Counted from the first letter of the stretch, positions 25,188 through 37,373 are shown. The stretch is DNA of 64,000 nt from Eukaryota sp. GEM-RC1 (GCA_040285855.1 JAUFOQ010000017.1:62001-126000), one strand, 5' to 3'. Numbers and translations: made by a program. The notes: generated from the letters alone by a model not told the origin.

Positions 25188-26198
25188 TCAATTATTATTC
25201 CACATAAAATCAAAGAAATACTGACACTCCAACGGTCCATCCTCAGCTAAGTCTGTAACATGAACTCCATTCAGAATTCTACTTTCCCCGTAAATACTTC
25301 TTATACTTCTTGGAGACAGCTGACGTCCAATCTCAGGATCAATTGGTCCCACCCACTCTCTGAGCTCATTAACGACAGAAGGAGTTCCAGTGATTGCGAC
25401 TGCAACGACTTGGCCCATGCTGAGGTCCTTTGCCCAGCCGTCAAACTCTCCAAGAACTCCTCTGTAGACCTCAAGGAATTCACAAGCTTGAGATTTATCT
25501 AAGTGGAAGGAACCAATGGCTGTGACATCAAACCCTTCATGGAGAATGGTGTCTAAGATAGTACCAAAAACATTGAGTTTCTCTAAGTGATGACGAATGA
25601 TGAGCAGAGAGCAGTTCTCGTAGACTGCGGTTGAAGGAAGAGAGATAAGTTCATAGAAGAGAGATGGATTGGAGGAGGTCAGGATGGGGTATTTAGGTTG
25701 GAGGGAGGTGAGTTTTGACTCAACATCGGAGCCAACAGCTTCAAATAGAACAGAGACTCCATCTGAAGGAGGAGATTGAGGAGAGAAAACTGAAGAGATT
25801 TTAGAGTTGTAGGAAGTGGGGATTTTGACTGAACGGAGTTTGAAAGGACGGATGTTCTGTTCTAGGCAGTATTGGAGAATAACACCTACCGAATCAAAGA
25901 GATTGGGAGGGATTATGACATAGTAGCATTGTCTGTTGCCTTGAAAGTAGTCCTGTGTGTGTTTGTCTCCGTATTCCATGATCTTCATTTGGCGACAATG
26001 GATATCTACAGAGTTGCCAATAACAAGGTCTTCAAGTTGGATAGTTGATAGAGGCATTCTTTTGAGGAAGACACGGCGTTTTATAGGATCATGAATTTCC
26101 ACAGAGTTGTCATCAGGATAAAAGAGCATATGATACTCCTTGTTGAGTTCTGCCTGTGTGTCATAGTAGTTAAGGATAAACTTGAAGGGGGTGTCCAT
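25188..26198 (-). CDS. NME7: Nucleoside diphosphate kinase 7 (DM10 + NDK domains), flagellar
   Basis: DM10 YDTQAELNKEY.MLFYP.DNSVEIHD..RRVFLKR; NDK RE..GP.DP..R..YG..RILNGVHVTD..EDGPLECQYFF. Confidence 0.9.
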   Translation of the reverse strand: MDTPFKFILNYYDTQAELNKEYHMLFYPDDNSVEIHDPIKRRVFLKRMPLSTIQLEDLVIGNSVDIHCRQMKIMEYGDKHTQDYFQGNRQCYYVIIPPNLFDSVGVILQYCLEQNIRPFKLRSVKIPTSYNSKISSVFSPQSPPSDGVSVLFEAVGSDVESKLTSLQPKYPILTSSNPSLFYELISLPSTAVYENCSLLIIRHHLEKLNVFGTILDTILHEGFDVTAIGSFHLDKSQACEFLEVYRGVLGEFDGWAKDLSMGQVVAVAITGTPSVVNELREWVGPIDPEIGRQLSPRSIRSIYGESRILNGVHVTDLAEDGPLECQYFFDFMWNNN

Positions 26199-26286
26199 TA
26201 GAAAATAGTGAAGAACTTTTTGCACCAACCGAATATAAAATCAATTTTCAGAAGATCACATTGTTAATTGCCCTAAATTTATTCAT

Positions 26287-27362
26287 ATGAGATCTGTTCT
26301 TCACAACAGTATTCGTGATCAATGTCTTTCTTTATTTAAATCAAACGGATTTCATGGCAAAATTGAACCTATATTGTCCGTATTATCTGATTCTTTCATT
26401 CGTGATAAGAGTCGTTTTGATTTGATTTGTCCATGGTTAAATTGTGAAGAAGTTGTTTTGGATTTCACCACTGTGGATCAATGTGGGCAAATCTTTGATA
26501 CGTACCGTACGTACGGTACGTATCAGTACGTACCGATGTCATTTGATTTTATAAAAGGCCTATTTATGAATGATCGAAATGGATTTACAAATACTAATAT
26601 TTGAGTGGAGGTTCATTCACTAGTCAAACACAGTACTGCAAAATGCTACTGCATCTTCTGATCGTTTAGAAATCCAATCTGTGAGTTTTTGGGCCCTTTA
26701 TCAGTGTTATATTACGTCGTAGTCACTCGTTAAATGCATTGTGATTCGACGACGCTACTACTATTGGTGATGTCGAGCGATTGCTGCACTTCGTACGTAA
26801 AAATGTCATTTTGGGGAAGTAGTGGTCAGCAAATGACGTACCCTAAATTTGAATAAGTGTGACAATCACGATTTTGATATCCTGAGCAATGTTTAACGGT
26901 AGAATTTATGACGATGGTAACTCTTAAAATCTCACATTGGATCACCGTGTTCAAAATAGTAATAATATATTTTAGTCGGTCAAAAGTACAGTACCGGTAC
27001 TTGTACCGTACGTACACACGTACGGTACGGTACGCCTAAAATCGCCGCGGTACGGAACATTTGCGTTCCATGCTGTGGATCCATGTAATGATACTGTTTG
27101 TAGTAAAATATTGGATGATCAATTTTCACCTTTGAATAATGCTGGAGATAAGAAATGTCTTCGTTATTGTGATTATATTTCTAAATTGAATTCACAAAGA
27201 CATAATGCGGCTTTAGTGTTTCAATTTATGGGAATTCGGGTTCTGCAGCTCAAACGTTTTTGTCATCTTTTAATCAATTGTGTTGCGAATTTTGCTAAAA
27301 GTTTAACATTAGTTTTTGGAGGAATCGTTTCGTTTATTTTATTTCGTTCAACGTTTCAATGA
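26287..27362 (+). mobile_element. RLE retroposon relic interrupted by a hAT MITE
   Basis: RSVLHNSIRD..KIEP..RFDL..LDFTTVD|PCNDT; the frame is restored by removing 26479-27080. Confidence 0.7.
26479..27072. mobile_element. hAT-type MITE (GTAC/CGTAC arrays)
   Basis: Perfect TSD CTGTGGAT (26471-26478, 27073-27080); imperfect TIR CAATGTGGGCAAAT / ATTTGCGTTCCATG; TACCGTACGTACGGTA clusters at both ends. Confidence 0.8.
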
Positions 27363-28299
27363 TTCTACGGAATTTTGAAGAAACTCTTTGGAGTTCAAGA
27401 CCATGTCATGAAATAGTACTGTTAACTTTGTTTACGTCTTTAGATTTTATGTATCTTTAAGAGATAAAGATTGTTTTAATTTTCAGAAATGTGTCAAATG
27501 TGATCATTCAACTTGCACTTTTTAAATGTTGGCGACCGAAGGATTTTTGACTTTGAATTTGATTTTGATTTACAGCTTTTCATCGAAAATAGTGTTTATT
27601 ACCGTTATAAGCACTTTCAAAGCAAACATGAAACTGTTATACGATTCCATGTGTTGTGTTACTAGGAGATGTCGCAGGAAAGACGTATTTGTTTGCTGAT
27701 GATTTTTATTTTTATTAACATACTCGAAATTACACCGAAAGACGTACTAGTACATGTATTTCAGACATTTTGATGTAATCTAGAATTCATTTCTGAAAAG
27801 TGTGTGCATTTGATAACACTGATAACAACAATGCAGAATTAATAATCATAGCCCTCTTTAATTTGAATCAATCACATAATCAAAATTGATTGAATCAAAT
27901 CAGTCTCATAACCATTAAAAAAAGAGAATATTTAGCTGTATCACCACGAATTGAAAGAGACCAAAAGATATCGAAACTTATACTATAGTACAGTGACATT
28001 CACAAAGGTATCTTCAACCAAGATACTAAGCAGACCAGATTTTGCAATATGTCGTAAGCTCTTTTTAATTTTTAAATAATTTATCGGTTTCAACTAATTG
28101 AAGTGACTGTTTCATTTCCACCAAAGAATCTTTTCCACACTCAAAAGAAGAAATCATCATTTGAAAGAGTTCAATCGTTTGTACAACTGCAACGTATCTA
28201 CACTTCAAGCTTAAACAGAATAAGAAGTCAATAGAAGTCAAACTCTAAAGTAATTGAAGAAAAGTTGACATTCAACACAAAAATCTTAATCAAACTTAA

Positions 28300-29286
28300 T
28301 CATGATGTAGCATCGCTTTCAAAATCCTCTTCATACAATGAATTAGTCATTAAGTCATCTATATCAGTTAACAGAGTCTCGTTTTCAGACACGTCATCAG
28401 ATTGACCTAGACTTTCATTTTCAACGTCATCAGATTGACCTAGACTTTCATTTTCAACGTCATCAGATTGACCTAGACTTTCACTTTCCACGTCATCGGA
28501 ATCCTCATCTTCATGACTGCCATCACTTTCAGACTCATTGCTATCGTCATCACTGTCCACGTCATCAGACTGAGTCTTACTATTCTCCAAAGCAGACACA
28601 AGATCCAACGATCTCCTTGCTGCAATTTTTAAAACAGAATAATTTGAATTCAAATCATCATTAGATTCTTCAATACCTTTAAACCTCTTTTTAACGCTTT
28701 TCACATAGTCAATAGAAAGAGACTCTCCACTGACAGCAGAAATTAAAGCGCCAATATTCTCCAAGATCAAACTGGAAAGTGACTGTATAATAGAGCTTGA
28801 TTGACCTGAACACGTGGCAACTAATGAGTTTATGGTTTCTAACTGTGATTGGATTGAGATGACTGGATTATCTGATTGGTCAGAGGGTTCAGGGGAAGAA
28901 TTAGCACTTAGTTCTGGTAGAGGGAAGCATTCATTAACGAGTTGATGAAAAGAATCCAACCAATGGTGGGATATCATCTGTTTGAAGCTGGAATCAAGAA
29001 GAGGGTTGGGGAGATGAGCTAAACCCAGGAAGAAGGTGAGTTGGTCTGATAGAGTGGGGTGCTGAGCCAAAGTGACCGAGTAAGTGGTGAGGAAGTCACG
29101 GAAGTGAGAGAATTCGCTGTGAAGAGATTGGATACTGTTTAGATCTTCAGTTGATAGTTTTACTAGAGGTTTGATGATGAAGAATAGGTGAGCCAAACAA
29201 GCAATTTCAACATAACGTTCATGTTCAGCATCAAGACAGGAAAGAAATGATTCGATGTCAGTATATTCATCAACTAAAGAGGACAT
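28300..29286 (-). CDS. Hypothetical protein with an acidic C-terminus and a 33-nt tandem repeat
   Basis: 328-aa ORF; ESLGQSDDVEN x3 (~28390-28490). Confidence 0.75.
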   Translation of the reverse strand: MSSLVDEYTDIESFLSCLDAEHERYVEIACLAHLFFIIKPLVKLSTEDLNSIQSLHSEFSHFRDFLTTYSVTLAQHPTLSDQLTFFLGLAHLPNPLLDSSFKQMISHHWLDSFHQLVNECFPLPELSANSSPEPSDQSDNPVISIQSQLETINSLVATCSGQSSSIIQSLSSLILENIGALISAVSGESLSIDYVKSVKKRFKGIEESNDDLNSNYSVLKIAARRSLDLVSALENSKTQSDDVDSDDDSNESESDGSHEDEDSDDVESESLGQSDDVENESLGQSDDVENESLGQSDDVSENETLLTDIDDLMTNSLYEEDFESDATS

Positions 29287-29563
29287 GCGACAAGAATAGT
29301 AGGTGGATTTTCCGAGAAATGTACAGTAAACTGTACACTTTTAGAGAAAGCTTCTCCACACACATCCCTTTTCTACCGAAGCACCACATTACGGCCTCCA
29401 TTCATGATGACTTGAACTTCACAGACCATTAGATGAAAGAACGCCTATTATTTAATCATACAAATACAGATTATCATCAATATTAACAAATGAAATATTT
29501 TATACTAACGTTAGATTTAACTAAGAAGTGTAACCGTCAAATAATTTGACAGTTACACTGACT

Positions 29564-30850
29564 CAGGGATTGGAAAAAATATATTGCAATAAGTACAATG
29601 TCAATATGGTATTGTTGGTACATAAACAATAACAATATCATATTGTTGGTGCATGTACAATAACAATAAATTGCAATATTTTGATGTGTTATTGTTAGTG
29701 AAATTATTGATATTTCAGTGTTTTATAGAATCTTTGTGGGAGAAAACAGTATCCATTAGACTAGACATTGTCTCCTTAAGAAGAAGGATACTAAACAAGA
29801 TCATACAGTGAGTTTTACAATCGCCTTTGACTGTCAACTTATGGTTTCAAGTAGACCTTGGAATCGGATCAACTTCGGATCGGAGCGATTTTCTTGGTTT
29901 TGCTCGGATTCGGATCGGATTTATCCTACCAGATCCGAAATATCCGATCGGATTTTTAATGATTTTGATATTGTTGTGAACCCAAAATACATTTGATTAC
30001 TTCACTAACACTAATATAGATACATTAGTTGGAATCATTTAGTTATTATTTTTACAAAAGTAACTACTGAATTTCACTGTATTGATCATAAACGCCGTTT
30101 CTGTACTAATATTACAAGTTATTTAAAACGATTGACATGCCAATATGACTGTTGAACATGACTCCTCCCTAAGTAAATTCGGTAACTACGTCTGTCTCTA
30201 ATGTCCTACTATTCCAATGTAGACGTCATCTCGGATTCTGCCGCCAGCAACATCGAAGTCCATTAATTTGGTGGAAGAGAAATGAAAGCACTTATACCAA
30301 ACTTGCTCGAATCTTCTTTTATTGTTCAATAAAGGCATTCTCTGTACCATGTGAAAGACTCTTTTCACGTGTTGGGTGAATTGTGTCCGATAAAAGAACA
30401 TCTCTCAAATGTGTGACACAGTTCAATATCGGTTTTACTCAATTCTTGAACAAAACTTGGATTTATGGTTGATGATAGAATTTTCCCCTATGATTACAAT
30501 TAACGTTACTTTTTGACTAATAAATCTTAATAGAATTTTGTTATCCTTCCTTTTACAAAAATGAAGTTCATAGCACGTCATTTCTTTATGGAACTAAAAC
30601 AGTAATCTTACTGCAAAAACTAAAACAGAATCAATGAAACGAGATAAAAAAGATCAATCGGATCGGATCTTACGGATCGGATTCGGTAATTGAACACCAG
30701 GATTTCGGATCGGATCGGATTTGAGATGAAAAATCCGATTCCAAGGTCTAGTTTCAAGCACCAGCAATTCAGAGTACATTGACTTTTCAACCAATCTTTT
30801 ACCCTCCAATGAAGTTGAGAGGCATTTCAGTCACACTAAACTCACTTTAG
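29564..30850 (+). mobile_element. One-ended hAT remnant (ATTGCAAT/CAATA arrays) hosting nested MITEs
   Basis: Left terminus CAGGGATTGGAAAAAAT; PSNEVERHFS at ~30803-30830 resembles the hAT C-terminal ERxFS motif; no matching right end within the arm. Confidence 0.6.
29852..30750 (+). mobile_element. hAT deletion derivative (TCGGA arrays) retaining a dimerization-domain fragment
   Basis: TIR TAGACCTTGGAATCGGAT / ATCCGATTCCAAGGTCTA; TSD GTTTCAAG; 30258-30376 reads PLIWWKRNESTYTKLARIF...AFSVPCERLFSRVG (one frameshift). Confidence 0.92.
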
Positions 30851-30859
30851 GTTGTATAT

Positions 30860-31629
30860 CAGGGATACCGAAAAATATATTGCAATTTTATTGCAAGAAT
30901 ATTTAATTGCAATAAATATATTGCATTTTGGAAATATTGCAATAAATATATTGCAGATTCAGAAACTTGCAATAAATATAGCAATATATTGCAATATTAC
31001 ACATAGGTAAATATTCAAAATTCTCCGAAAATTCAGCTACTGCATATAGTTTTGTTTGTGCGGCTTTCACTGTTTGTGTGTTAGTGACATGTTCTCACAT
31101 TTGTTTTTTCGTATATCTTGTTTTCACACCACTTTGCATCCTACCTACATCATGAACTTCACATATAACACACTGTTGGTCTCGATGTTGGTTTTAGCAC
31201 TTTTGGCTTCAATTCATCCAGAAAAATGATCTACCGAGCAGTCTGTACTTAATGTATCCATCCGTGTTCCGTTTCCAGCTGATATACAGATGTTTTCTAT
31301 GATCCAAACTCAGAGAAGCCACAGATCGCAAGGAAACAGTTGAATCTTGATGCTGTACTATTGGAAATGCTTCTCAAGGTCATCATTTCCAAATAGTAGC
31401 TCCTATAAGCTAAGATGTAGCTTTTTCATCAGTTCAATACGACCTAATGTCAACAGTCTACAGATCAGATACACACAGAACTCGTCAAACAAACACCAAA
31501 TTAATTCGATTCTAATTACAAATTCGGTGCAGAGTTGTTTGAAAACGACAACATAAGTATTGCAATATAATTGAACAATAAATATATATTGCAATTAATT
31601 GCAATACAATATATTTTTCGGTATCCCTG
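30860..31629. mobile_element. hAT-type MITE (ATTGCAAT arrays)
   Basis: TIR CAGGGATACCGAAAAATATATTG and its reverse complement; TSD TTGTATAT (30852-30859, 31630-31637). Confidence 0.92.
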
Positions 31630-31684
31630 TTGTATATGATTTGTTTTAGATCAGTTTATCATAGAAAAACAATAGTTCCTGCTC

Positions 31685-32265
31685 TACCATCCTGCTTTCT
31701 GGATGGCAGAAAACACATCATCAAACCCCGGCGTTTTCGTATCTAAGATTGGAGATGATGTCGTCCACGGTGACCTGATGAAACCCTTTTTCCCGAAACA
31801 GGTGACAGCCATTTACGAGTAAGCGCTGTTTTGTTTCTTCCGACTGCTGCTGGCGTTTGCCTTTTTTCTGATTGTTCGTGTATACCTTCTGACAGAGCTG
31901 TGACGTTAAGAATGAGTCCGAACAGATTGATGACGATGGCAATGATCCAGGCAGCGATTGAGGAATAGAGCTGCAGATCATTGATGTTCATCAAATGTGT
32001 AATCACGCCGCCGTACCCGAGCACCACTGTGGCAACTGCCATCAGCGCACGATACAGACTGCGAAGCTTGAGAACACCAGGGATCAGGAAGAGCAGATAC
32101 ACGATCATCGCTGCGATGCCGCTGACGGCTGAAGTGGCAGAGAGCGGATCAGCACCGCTTTGCTGCAGGATGAGACTGACCAGGTTATAGCTGATTCCGA
32201 GTGAGGCGTAGAAGAATTGTAATCGGTAAAGCACCGTTAGCGACATGGCAAGGCTCCTTTCCGGA
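31685..32265 (-). pseudogene. Bacteria-derived fragment: small 4-TM protein ORF plus truncated TetR-family regulator
   Basis: GC about 50%; GGAAAGGAG 7 nt before ATG 32246; RQQQSEETKQRLL..LFREKGFHQVTVDDI TetR HTH start; no introns. Confidence 0.8.
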
Positions 32266-32374
32266 AAAAAAAACAAGTCTAAAGTTATGTGAAGCCTTTA
32301 CAATAGGTAAAACCAAAAGTCAACAAACTAGTAAAACTACAATGGGGAACACTTTAAAAACGTGTAATTAAAAT

Positions 32375-34292
32375 CTAGACTTCAGGTGGAACTGCATACG
32401 ATCGCACAATTTCACCAAAGTTACCTTGATGTTTTCCATCCTTCAAAGCTACTTTACCATTGACCAAGACAATGTCAAATCCTACAGACATTTCTCTAGG
32501 ATTAGCAAAATGAGCTCTTTGGGTGACGTGTTCAGGGTTAAACAAAATCAAATCAGCATAATAACCTGGTCTTACAAATCCACGGTCCTTAATCATGTAA
32601 GTTTCAGCATTTAGACCAGATGTCTTGTAGATTGCCTGTTGTAAAGTGATTAGATTACGTTGAGAAACATAATAGTCGAAAATTCTGGCAAAGGAGCCAT
32701 AAGAACGAGGATCTAAAGTTAATTAAAAGAAAGAAGCATACGTCCGATTGGTAATCCACCATCACTACAAATACCAATGCGGGGGTGTTGTACAAATATA
32801 TCCTGAATATCGTCTCTCATTTCAAACAACGCATTGATCTGAGATCTGTGGAAACCAAGATCTAAAATGACATCCAGATAATCGTGATGTTTGGCCCAAT
32901 TGAGCTCTGATTTGTCCCAATGATTTGATACATTATACACAGTTTCAGCTTCAATCAGATTTTTTAACATTATTCCACGATCTTTTGGATCAGAAACCAA
33001 CATAATTTGCTCTGGACCAAAAGTAGGAATTCCATCATGCTCTAGTTGAGTAGATTCTGTAATATTGCCACGAAGATGATCATAACATTCAGTATCAGTA
33101 AGACAGACGTCATACTCCTCCTGAGAATATTCTTCTGCCCAATGGGGGAAGAAGTAGAAAAGGCCTGTGGCAGATGCAATCCAGGGATAGACGTCAGCAT
33201 GCTTTAATTAGAATTAAAAGACAGTAACATACAGCTGAAGGAATCTCAGGGTAGATACGTGGCGCTTCGAAGATCCTTTCAATGAGTTCATAAGGAAGAG
33301 TTGCGGCTCCAGCGTTATTTGAAGCAGCTATTTTGATGTGTGTATGAGAGAACCGACATTTACCTGCACGAGCAGTGTCAATAAGTTCTTGAGAAGACTC
33401 CTCGATTTCCCATGCATATTCACCACGAACATGAGAGGTCAATAACTTTCCGACATTACCAACAGCAGGACTAAGATACATTAATTCCTCAGGAGTAGAG
33501 CGGAAGGCAGGAGTATATTCCAAGCCCAAAGACAGACCAAGTACACGTTCATCAGCCAAATCAATCTCTAACAAGTCTTTCATGGCCTTGAGTTCTTCAG
33601 TAGTGAGGTCTTCGCCCAATTTACTGGGATTTTCTAAAGCTCTTCGACGTAAGGATCCATGACCAGTGAGAAAAGCGATGTTGACACCCTTACTAGCAGC
33701 TTCAGCATCATCTAAATACGAGATAAAATCTTTCTGATAAGTATATTCATGGTGGTCTTTTTCGAGTAAATCAGGAGCAAATCCATCTTGGCCATAAATT
33801 TTAGTGGTAATACCATCACGGAGAGCGAAATGATGATCAAGTTCTTCTTGGTCTTCTAAATCACCAGTGAAATGTGCATCTAGGTTCAGATGAATAGAGT
33901 TACATACGAGCATCAATAATCCCAGGGGTTATGATGTAACCAGTAGCATCAATGGTTTCATCAGCAGTATAAGGATGATGTAGGTCAGCAGGAAGAATTT
34001 CGGCGATTTTCCCGTCTTTAATGAAAAGAGTTTGTGTATTTGGTGGAACAGAGAGAGAACCATCATACACAACACCTCCAATGATCATTAGGTCGAAATG
34101 TTTGGGAGATAGAGAGCCATAGCAGAAAGTATCAGTAGTAACAACAGCAGCAATAAACCAAGTCGCCAACAGTGCAAGCAACACAATCACAGACCCAGCT
34201 ATGAGGAGCATGTGTTCCTTGGTTAAACGCTTGCTTTCAGAAACCTGTACTACAGGAACGTTCTTATTAGCATGCATCGGATTCACTGACAT
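32375..34292 (-). CDS. N-acyl-D-amino-acid deacylase (D-aminoacylase, amidohydrolase) with an N-terminal TM anchor; 3 introns
   Basis: PGIIDAHAH, GHGSLR, GLSLGLEY, SHVR, DVYPW, SDG..GHPRSYG, DRG..PGYYADL; introns 33880-33907, 33202-33232 and 32713-32741 restore the motifs. Confidence 0.88.
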
Positions 34293-35184
34293 TGGAAGGT
34301 GAAAGTGTCTTTTTCTGAGCGGAATTTGTTGGATGCTATTAGAAATCATTGCACGGCCAATTTACCACACAGAAGGCTGTTAAAGACGTTCCGTACGATG
34401 CTTGTACAACTACGTCGCTATGGATGAAACGGTTTGGTATATCTCTATTTCAGGAACACTATTTTGTGTACGGTTCTAAACCCAGTTTTACATTATATCT
34501 GTTAACAGCGCAAATATTAAAACATCTGTAGAGTTACGGTACGATGAGTGTTTGAATTTTTGCCAAAGAACTTCTAACTTACTTACTGTTGTTCACTGGT
34601 TTCCGATGGGAAACCAACGTAGCTAAGGTAACTTTTTAGATGAACCCAAAACTATGGTCCGTATTCTGCAGATTGTTCTATTTTATTTTACGAAAACAGT
34701 AAATACGCACCATCTAAATTCAAGATGTTGTTTCCTTCCCTTTTCAGCTAGAAATTCCGGTACGCTGTTCACTTTTACGCCAGTTTAATATATAAGATGT
34801 CTCTATTCACCAGTCATTTGATTCATCATTTAAGTCTAGGGTCTAGTATACTTTAATAGCTTAGTTTTAATGTCTCAAAACCGTTTTGATTCTTATTTAA
34901 TAGTTGATGTGCAGACATTGCACTGATGTGATTGGTGTGTTTTACGTCTTGACGATCACTGCTGTTAATCTGCAGTGCTCTTCAAATCGAGCTAAGTTAG
35001 TTAATGTCAAGTCTATATCGAAAGACAAGACGGCTATGCAAATACATCATATTGTTAACAACTTCGTGATGGAAAACAACGAAATCAACTGGTTTAAGCT
35101 AAACCGTTTAACATATATCTTTGAAGAAATCAAAAACGAAAAAAAAACTATTTATTTACGAAATTGTTTTAAAAAGTGCTAATT

Positions 35185-36563
35185 CTAAATGTCTGTCAGA
35201 GTAACAGTATTTCCACCAATAACATCAGCCCACCCGATCAATCTCCAATGCTTTTCAATTCTTCTGCTCAACGCAACCTTCGCTCCAACTTCTGTACAAA
35301 CAGGGTTCTGTAATATAATAGTAGCGTGATGATTACCTTCAACAGCCACCACAGTTCCACCTGCTGACGTAGATCCAATGTTCAACATCAGAATCTCATC
35401 ACCAGCCAATGGAGACACTTTGACACTTCTACCATCATCTCCAGTAGCCTTGACACCAAGCAAACGCTTTAGAAGATAGTAGTGGATCTGAATTTCACAG
35501 TAAACATCAGGTAAAGTTCCAGCAATCCCCAATACTCCTCCAACAAGTCTATCTGCTCTACACAGTGAAGGGTCCATTGAAGTACCAACACCAATGAGAC
35601 CTCCAGGCAGAGCATACTTCAAAGAGTTCTTCTCAGCAAAGAGGGAAACAACTGAAGAGAAGATTGGTTTACAAGACACGCGGCCTTCTTCATCTCTAAC
35701 AGAAAGACCTGGACGAATCTCGATCTTGTCACCAATACGAAGAATTCCTTGTAAAATTGAACCTCCAGCTACACCTCCAGTGAGATCATCAATGTTAGTT
35801 CCTGGTTTGTTGATATCAAAACTTCTAATGACGATAAGTCTAGCAGGATCAACGAGATTTCTAGTAGGAACGGGGATGAAGTTAACTAAAAAGTCAACAA
35901 TGACATCAATGTTGTACTTCAGTTGAGCAGAAACAGGGATGATGGGAGATCTGTCAGCTACAGTGGATTTGATGAACTGAATGATTTCCTGATAGTGTTC
36001 CTCGGCCTGGGTTTCCTTAACGAGATCAATCTTGTTTTGGAGGATGATGATGTGATGGAGTTTCATGATTTGGACAGCTGCCAAATGTTCTTGAGTTTGA
36101 GGTTGTGGGCAGGGTTCATTAGCAGCAACAAGAAGAAGAGCTGCGTCCATAACAGCTGCTCCATTAAGCATGGTAGCCATGAGAATATCGTGACCTAAAA
36201 TCAGAAGATGATATGACAAAACATACCAGGACAATCTACGAAAGAAACATGACGAAGCAGGTTCATAGGAGTACTACAATGAGCACAGCGGCTATCTACG
36301 GGAGCTGCGCTACCCAAAGATTGATAGCGACAGATATCAGTACATTTAGGACATTCAAAGAGTTTGGCGTTAGCATAACCAAGTTTGATGGTGATATTAC
36401 GTTCGATTTCGTTCTTAAAGCGAACGGTATGAACTCCAGAGATGGCTTTGACCACAGTAGATTTACCATGAGCAACATGACCGATGGTACCAATATTGAT
36501 AGTAGCTTGATTAGCAATGACTTCAGGGCTAAGAGCGTTTAGATTATCGGGAAGATCCGTCAT
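35185..36563 (-). CDS. EIF2S3: Translation initiation factor eIF2 gamma; 32-nt intron 36195-36226
   Basis: [44 protein letters not shown]. Confidence 0.97.
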
Positions 36564-36632
36564 ATAAGAAGAACTTGTTGAAGGGGACAATTTTTGTTGA
36601 CTTTACACTTCACAGACTTTGACTAAAAGCAA
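36564..36632. promoter_or_regulatory. Putative ~70-bp bidirectional promoter between eIF2-gamma and TFIIF-beta
   Basis: Divergent ATGs separated by only 69 nt. Confidence 0.6.
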
Positions 36633-37373
36633 ATGTCTTCTGGTCACGCTCCCAGACTTGGAGAAAGAAAGAGTCACCATTCAGAACAAGTATTCCCTCT
36701 CAGTACTAAATCAGAAGGAAGAAAGGTCTTTCTTATAAGTCTTCCTTCCTCAATTATTGACAATTGGAGTACTGTTGAAGACTCCAAAACCCAAGTTGGT
36801 ACCTTCAGAATTACTCAGCGACCAAATGAACCTCCAGAATACACAATCGTTTCTCATATGGATGTTCCAAGCGTTCCTTCCAGTTTTACTTTAAAAAGAG
36901 ACCCCAACACAGCTCCTTTAAAGTATCTCACTATAAATGAACAGAGTTCATCAGCGTCAATTGATGGAACTATACATGATCGATTTAGGGGTCAACCTGT
37001 GAAAAACAGTGCAGTTTTACAACGTATATCAGCTCATCGTAAGGCCCAGGAAATGACAAGACCTAAGACAAAATCATTTGATTCCCAAGAGCAAATTAAG
37101 GTCATGGGTGGGTATGATGTTCCTGTTGATTTAAGAAAACCCACCTATGATCGGAAGGACGAGAAACGAGTTCGAATGGAGAAAGATGCACTCAAAAACT
37201 TGTTATTTACTCTTTATACTCGATGTGAACGATGGACTTTGCAGCAGTTGGTGGATGAGACAGATCAGCCTGTAACTTGGTTACGGGAAGTTCTTGATGA
37301 AGTTTGTATACGTAATGTTTCTGGTCCGAATAAGGACTTGTATGAACTTAAACCGGAATACAGATTTGGTTAA
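36633..37373 (+). CDS. GTF2F2: Transcription factor IIF beta subunit (RAP30/Tfg2)
   Basis: C-terminal winged helix RMEKDALKNLLF..ERWTL..L..T.QP..WLREVL..YELKPEY. Confidence 0.88.
   Translation: MSSGHAPRLGERKSHHSEQVFPLSTKSEGRKVFLISLPSSIIDNWSTVEDSKTQVGTFRITQRPNEPPEYTIVSHMDVPSVPSSFTLKRDPNTAPLKYLTINEQSSSASIDGTIHDRFRGQPVKNSAVLQRISAHRKAQEMTRPKTKSFDSQEQIKVMGGYDVPVDLRKPTYDRKDEKRVRMEKDALKNLLFTLYTRCERWTLQQLVDETDQPVTWLREVLDEVCIRNVSGPNKDLYELKPEYRFG

Larger units (their letters stand above)
29300..33780. repeat. Left arm of a ~4.5-kb inverted segmental duplication
   Basis: Reverse complement of 45700-50315; mirrored ORFs (e.g. 32375-32596 = 46880-47101, 30198-30401 = 49120-49323). Confidence 0.95.
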
